Shown: one piece after another, positions 61,674 to 64,000 of the stretch | How positions within the stretch are numbered: position 1 is the stretch's first letter | How the letters are laid out: the number at the start of each line of letters is the position of its first letter | Source of the DNA: an uncultured Spirochaetota bacterium | Lineage (GTDB): Bacteria; Spirochaetota; Spirochaetia; SZUA-6; Fen-1364 | DNA: 64,000 nt | Assembly (NCBI GenBank): GCA_963781885.1 | Contig: CAWAHW010000004.1 | Span: 544,001-608,000, forward strand | Direction of reading: 5' to 3' | Notes under the pieces: generated by a model | The model's input: the letters and a program-made list of their open reading frames with translations, nothing else | The model's database searches: none | What the model was told of the DNA's origin: nothing | Position numbers and translations under genes: made by a program

Positions 61674-62474
61674 TCATGGCTTCGTCGAAAGGAAAAGCTG
61701 CTGGACATCCAGGGCGGTCATGCCGTGCGGCCGGTCGACTGTCTCCAAACGGATCCTTGTGCTGCCGGGGTCGTACATCTTAAAGCGAGCGATAATCCGG
61801 GCGTTGTCCAGGACCGTATCCCGACCGCCCAGCGAAACTCTCACCGGCGCGCCTTCTGCCAGGAGAAAATCGAGCAGCCCGTCGACCGCGCGCATGTAGC
61901 GGTCCGTGGAGGGGAAGAGAATCCCGGCCACGGCGGCGCGAAAACCTTTCGGGAGCACGTTTCCACCCAGCATGGGGGAAGCGAAAGTGAGCGATCGTAT
62001 CCGGCGCCACGACTCCCTCGGCAGATCCATCAGGCCCATCGCGCCGGCGGAATAGACCACCAGATCCACGGGCGCGTGCGAGGCCAGGAGTGCATGCTCC
62101 AGGTATCGGCGGTATCCCGCCCAGCTTCCGGAGGGCGTCGGCGCATAGACCTGCCCGCACGCCGTCTCGCGGTCCTGCTGACGGAAGAACTCATCGAGCG
62201 TGGCACCCGTCGAGTTCGCGAGCCTGTTCGGACCCTCGGGGATGCCGGTGACGATCAGGAGTGTCCTCGTTGTCTCCTCGCTTCGGTAATTTGCGGAAGC
62301 GAAGAAATGGTTGGCCGCATCGAGATCAGCGTTGGACGGCAACAGGGGAGCCGTCGTGCAGGCAGCCAGCAGGGTCGCGGCCGCCACGAGGAGCAGCCGG
62401 GGCATGAGTCTTCGATAGAGGCCAACAAGGGTCCGGCCTGCCAGGTGCCTGGCGGGGAAGGTCGCGATGCGCAT
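61674..62474 (-). CDS. Alpha/beta-hydrolase-fold putative lipoprotein
   Basis: LLAAC lipobox, VVYSAG nucleophile elbow, ASPMLG, RDTV, PHG. Start is 62474 or 62405. Confidence 0.55.
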   Translation of the reverse strand: MRIATFPARHLAGRTLVGLYRRLMPRLLLVAAATLLAACTTAPLLPSNADLDAANHFFASANYRSEETTRTLLIVTGIPEGPNRLANSTGATLDEFFRQQDRETACGQVYAPTPSGSWAGYRRYLEHALLASHAPVDLVVYSAGAMGLMDLPRESWRRIRSLTFASPMLGGNVLPKGFRAAVAGILFPSTDRYMRAVDGLLDFLLAEGAPVRVSLGGRDTVLDNARIIARFKMYDPGSTRIRLETVDRPHGMTALDVQQLFLSTKP

Positions 62475-62693
62475 GCATCGATCCTATCGTGCGTCGAGGA
62501 AGGATTCCACCGCCAATCGCCAGGCAAAGGAACGGTCGGCCGCCGTGGAGGCCGCCGGCTCCCGTATCGCGCAGCTCCTTGAGGCGAGCCGCCGCGCCGT
62601 GCGACAGGTGAAGCGGGGACGTCAGCGTCTCGATGTGCCCGTGCCGTTGCACATTGCGTGGCTTGGCGGTACCCTGCACGGTCAGAGGTGACC

Positions 62694-62981
62694 ATGATCA
62701 TCGACAACAACGAGCTGGAGAAACAGGAGCTGGAAGCATTCCGCAGGGGCGACCGGGAAAGGAGTCAGGAGCTTCAGAAGCAGTTTCTCGCGGAATTGCA
62801 CGCCTCAGGTGAGGACCACTGCTCCTGCACGGAGAATTGTCCCCACCATGGGAACTGCGTGGATTGCGTGGTCATCCATCGCGGCCACCAGGACCACCTT
62901 CCCAACTGCTTCCACCCCATGGTGAACCGCAGGCTCGCGGTGATCTCAGAGCTCACCGAGCACACATTCAATCGGGCCTGA
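62694..62981 (+). CDS. Small Cys/His-rich putative metal-binding protein
   Basis: HCSCTENCPHHGNCVDCVVIHRGHQDHLPNCF; GAGGTG RBS. Confidence 0.75.
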   Translation: MIIDNNELEKQELEAFRRGDRERSQELQKQFLAELHASGEDHCSCTENCPHHGNCVDCVVIHRGHQDHLPNCFHPMVNRRLAVISELTEHTFNRA

Positions 62982-63191
62982 TGCGACGCGCGCCTGGCTG
63001 CGCGTCCGACCCGCCTTCGCTTCCCGACCGCCTGTGTGCAGACTGCGCGGGCACAGCGGCCGCGTGGAAGGCCTCCCTGCCTGGCCTGCGCGCTGTTCTC
63101 ATCGAGAAAGCACGGACCCCGGGAGTCCCGCCGGCCGATGCGGGTTTGGCACGTCACGAGTCAGGGACGAGACGGCAAGCCGGCAAGACAG

Positions 63192-64000
63192 CTACGGCAT
63201 TGTGAACAAAAACTGATATACGCTTGAGATGTGATCTGAGGACGCTTCCTCCGGAATCGCATCAGATGCAAAGTATTGACCGGTACCGTCGACTATCCGC
63301 ACGACGAAGGCAATGGAGCATTGGCTCGGCGGAGAGCCATGGAACAGGCTTGCGAGAGGAACCCGCGATTCAAAACAACCCACTCCACAGGCAAGGTCGC
63401 CAGTCACCCAATGAAAGTTTGACGGATAAGGACCGGTCTCGCGCCATCCAGCCGTATCGCTCGTGGAGTTGGACACGCTTGCCATACCCACCGTTCCCAC
63501 CGCCCAGGCCGCCGAAAATGAGTCTGGCTGCGTGACAGGGTTTGCGCTGACTGCATTGTCCAGCAATCCTGTATTATCGGTAAAGCTGGAAATCATGACA
63601 CCACCTGTGTGACTCGCATCGTAGTTGGTGTCAATATAGACGACAATCGCATTTGGAGATGTAACGGTGCCGCTGATCGCAACGTACAAATTGGAATCAT
63701 CATATGCCAGATATAGAGCATGAAGGCTATTCGGAGAAGATACGGAGTCCCAGGAGTGAGCTCCAGAGTAGGTGGCTGCCGCATTCCAACCTGCGTCTAT
63801 GGAACCATCTATGATCGGAGTTCGCCTGAAGCTATTCACCCACTTGGCGTACAAGGTCATGTCCGCCGTCACCGTGTCGCTTGCGAAACTCCAGGAGTTC
63901 GTGCATCCAGATTCCTTGTACCAGCCGCTGAAAGTGCAGCCGGAACGCGTGGGTGGTGTTGGTGCTGATACCTTGCTGCCATAGTCAACGGCCTGGGCAC
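63192..64000 (-). CDS. 3' part of a surface protein: InlB B-type repeat plus CBM9/DOMON-like domain
   Basis: PTPPTRSGCTFSGWYK...WSFASDTVTADMTLYAKW, then PIIDGSIDAGW...LAYDDSNLYVAI...VYIDT; frame open to the window edge. Confidence 0.72.
   Translation of the reverse strand, partial: AQAVDYGSKVSAPTPPTRSGCTFSGWYKESGCTNSWSFASDTVTADMTLYAKWVNSFRRTPIIDGSIDAGWNAAATYSGAHSWDSVSSPNSLHALYLAYDDSNLYVAISGTVTSPNAIVVYIDTNYDASHTGGVMISSFTDNTGLLDNAVSANPVTQPDSFSAAWAVGTVGMASVSNSTSDTAGWRETGPYPSNFHWVTGDLACGVGCFESRVPLASLFHGSPPSQCSIAFVVRIVDGTGQYFASDAIPEEASSDHISSVYQFLFTMP

Overview
This is a gene-dense, high-GC bacterial chromosome segment, most plausibly from an uncultured spirochaete (inferred from signal-peptide style, a secreted caspase/PEGA protein and an InlB-type repeat). 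I found no rRNA, tRNA, CRISPR array, integrase or transposase. In order, it contains part of a histidine utilisation operon (hutI-ftcD-hutU) preceded by an unlisted 58-aa ribbon-helix-helix-like ORF, then a redox/ECF module (YtxJ, TPR, DoxX, RskA, SigK) with two matching AATCC-N16-CGTAT promoters. Next come YhhQ and a LacI-controlled GH36 / isomerase / class II aldolase / PfkB cluster that may be an unusual galactoside pathway. These are followed by a LacI-ABC-GH4 cluster, an ABC exporter with a MalT-like regulator and MalT-box-like repeats, and a secreted caspase next to a 14-repeat propeller lipoprotein. The rest holds TetR/MFS, a LacI-AfuABC-like importer with an RNase Z-like hydrolase, a LacI-creatininase / Opp-type importer with four operators, and a hybrid sensor kinase. 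About ten single-base indels split or fuse ordinary genes and are most likely long-read consensus errors. All functional calls come from recognising motifs by eye; no searches were run.
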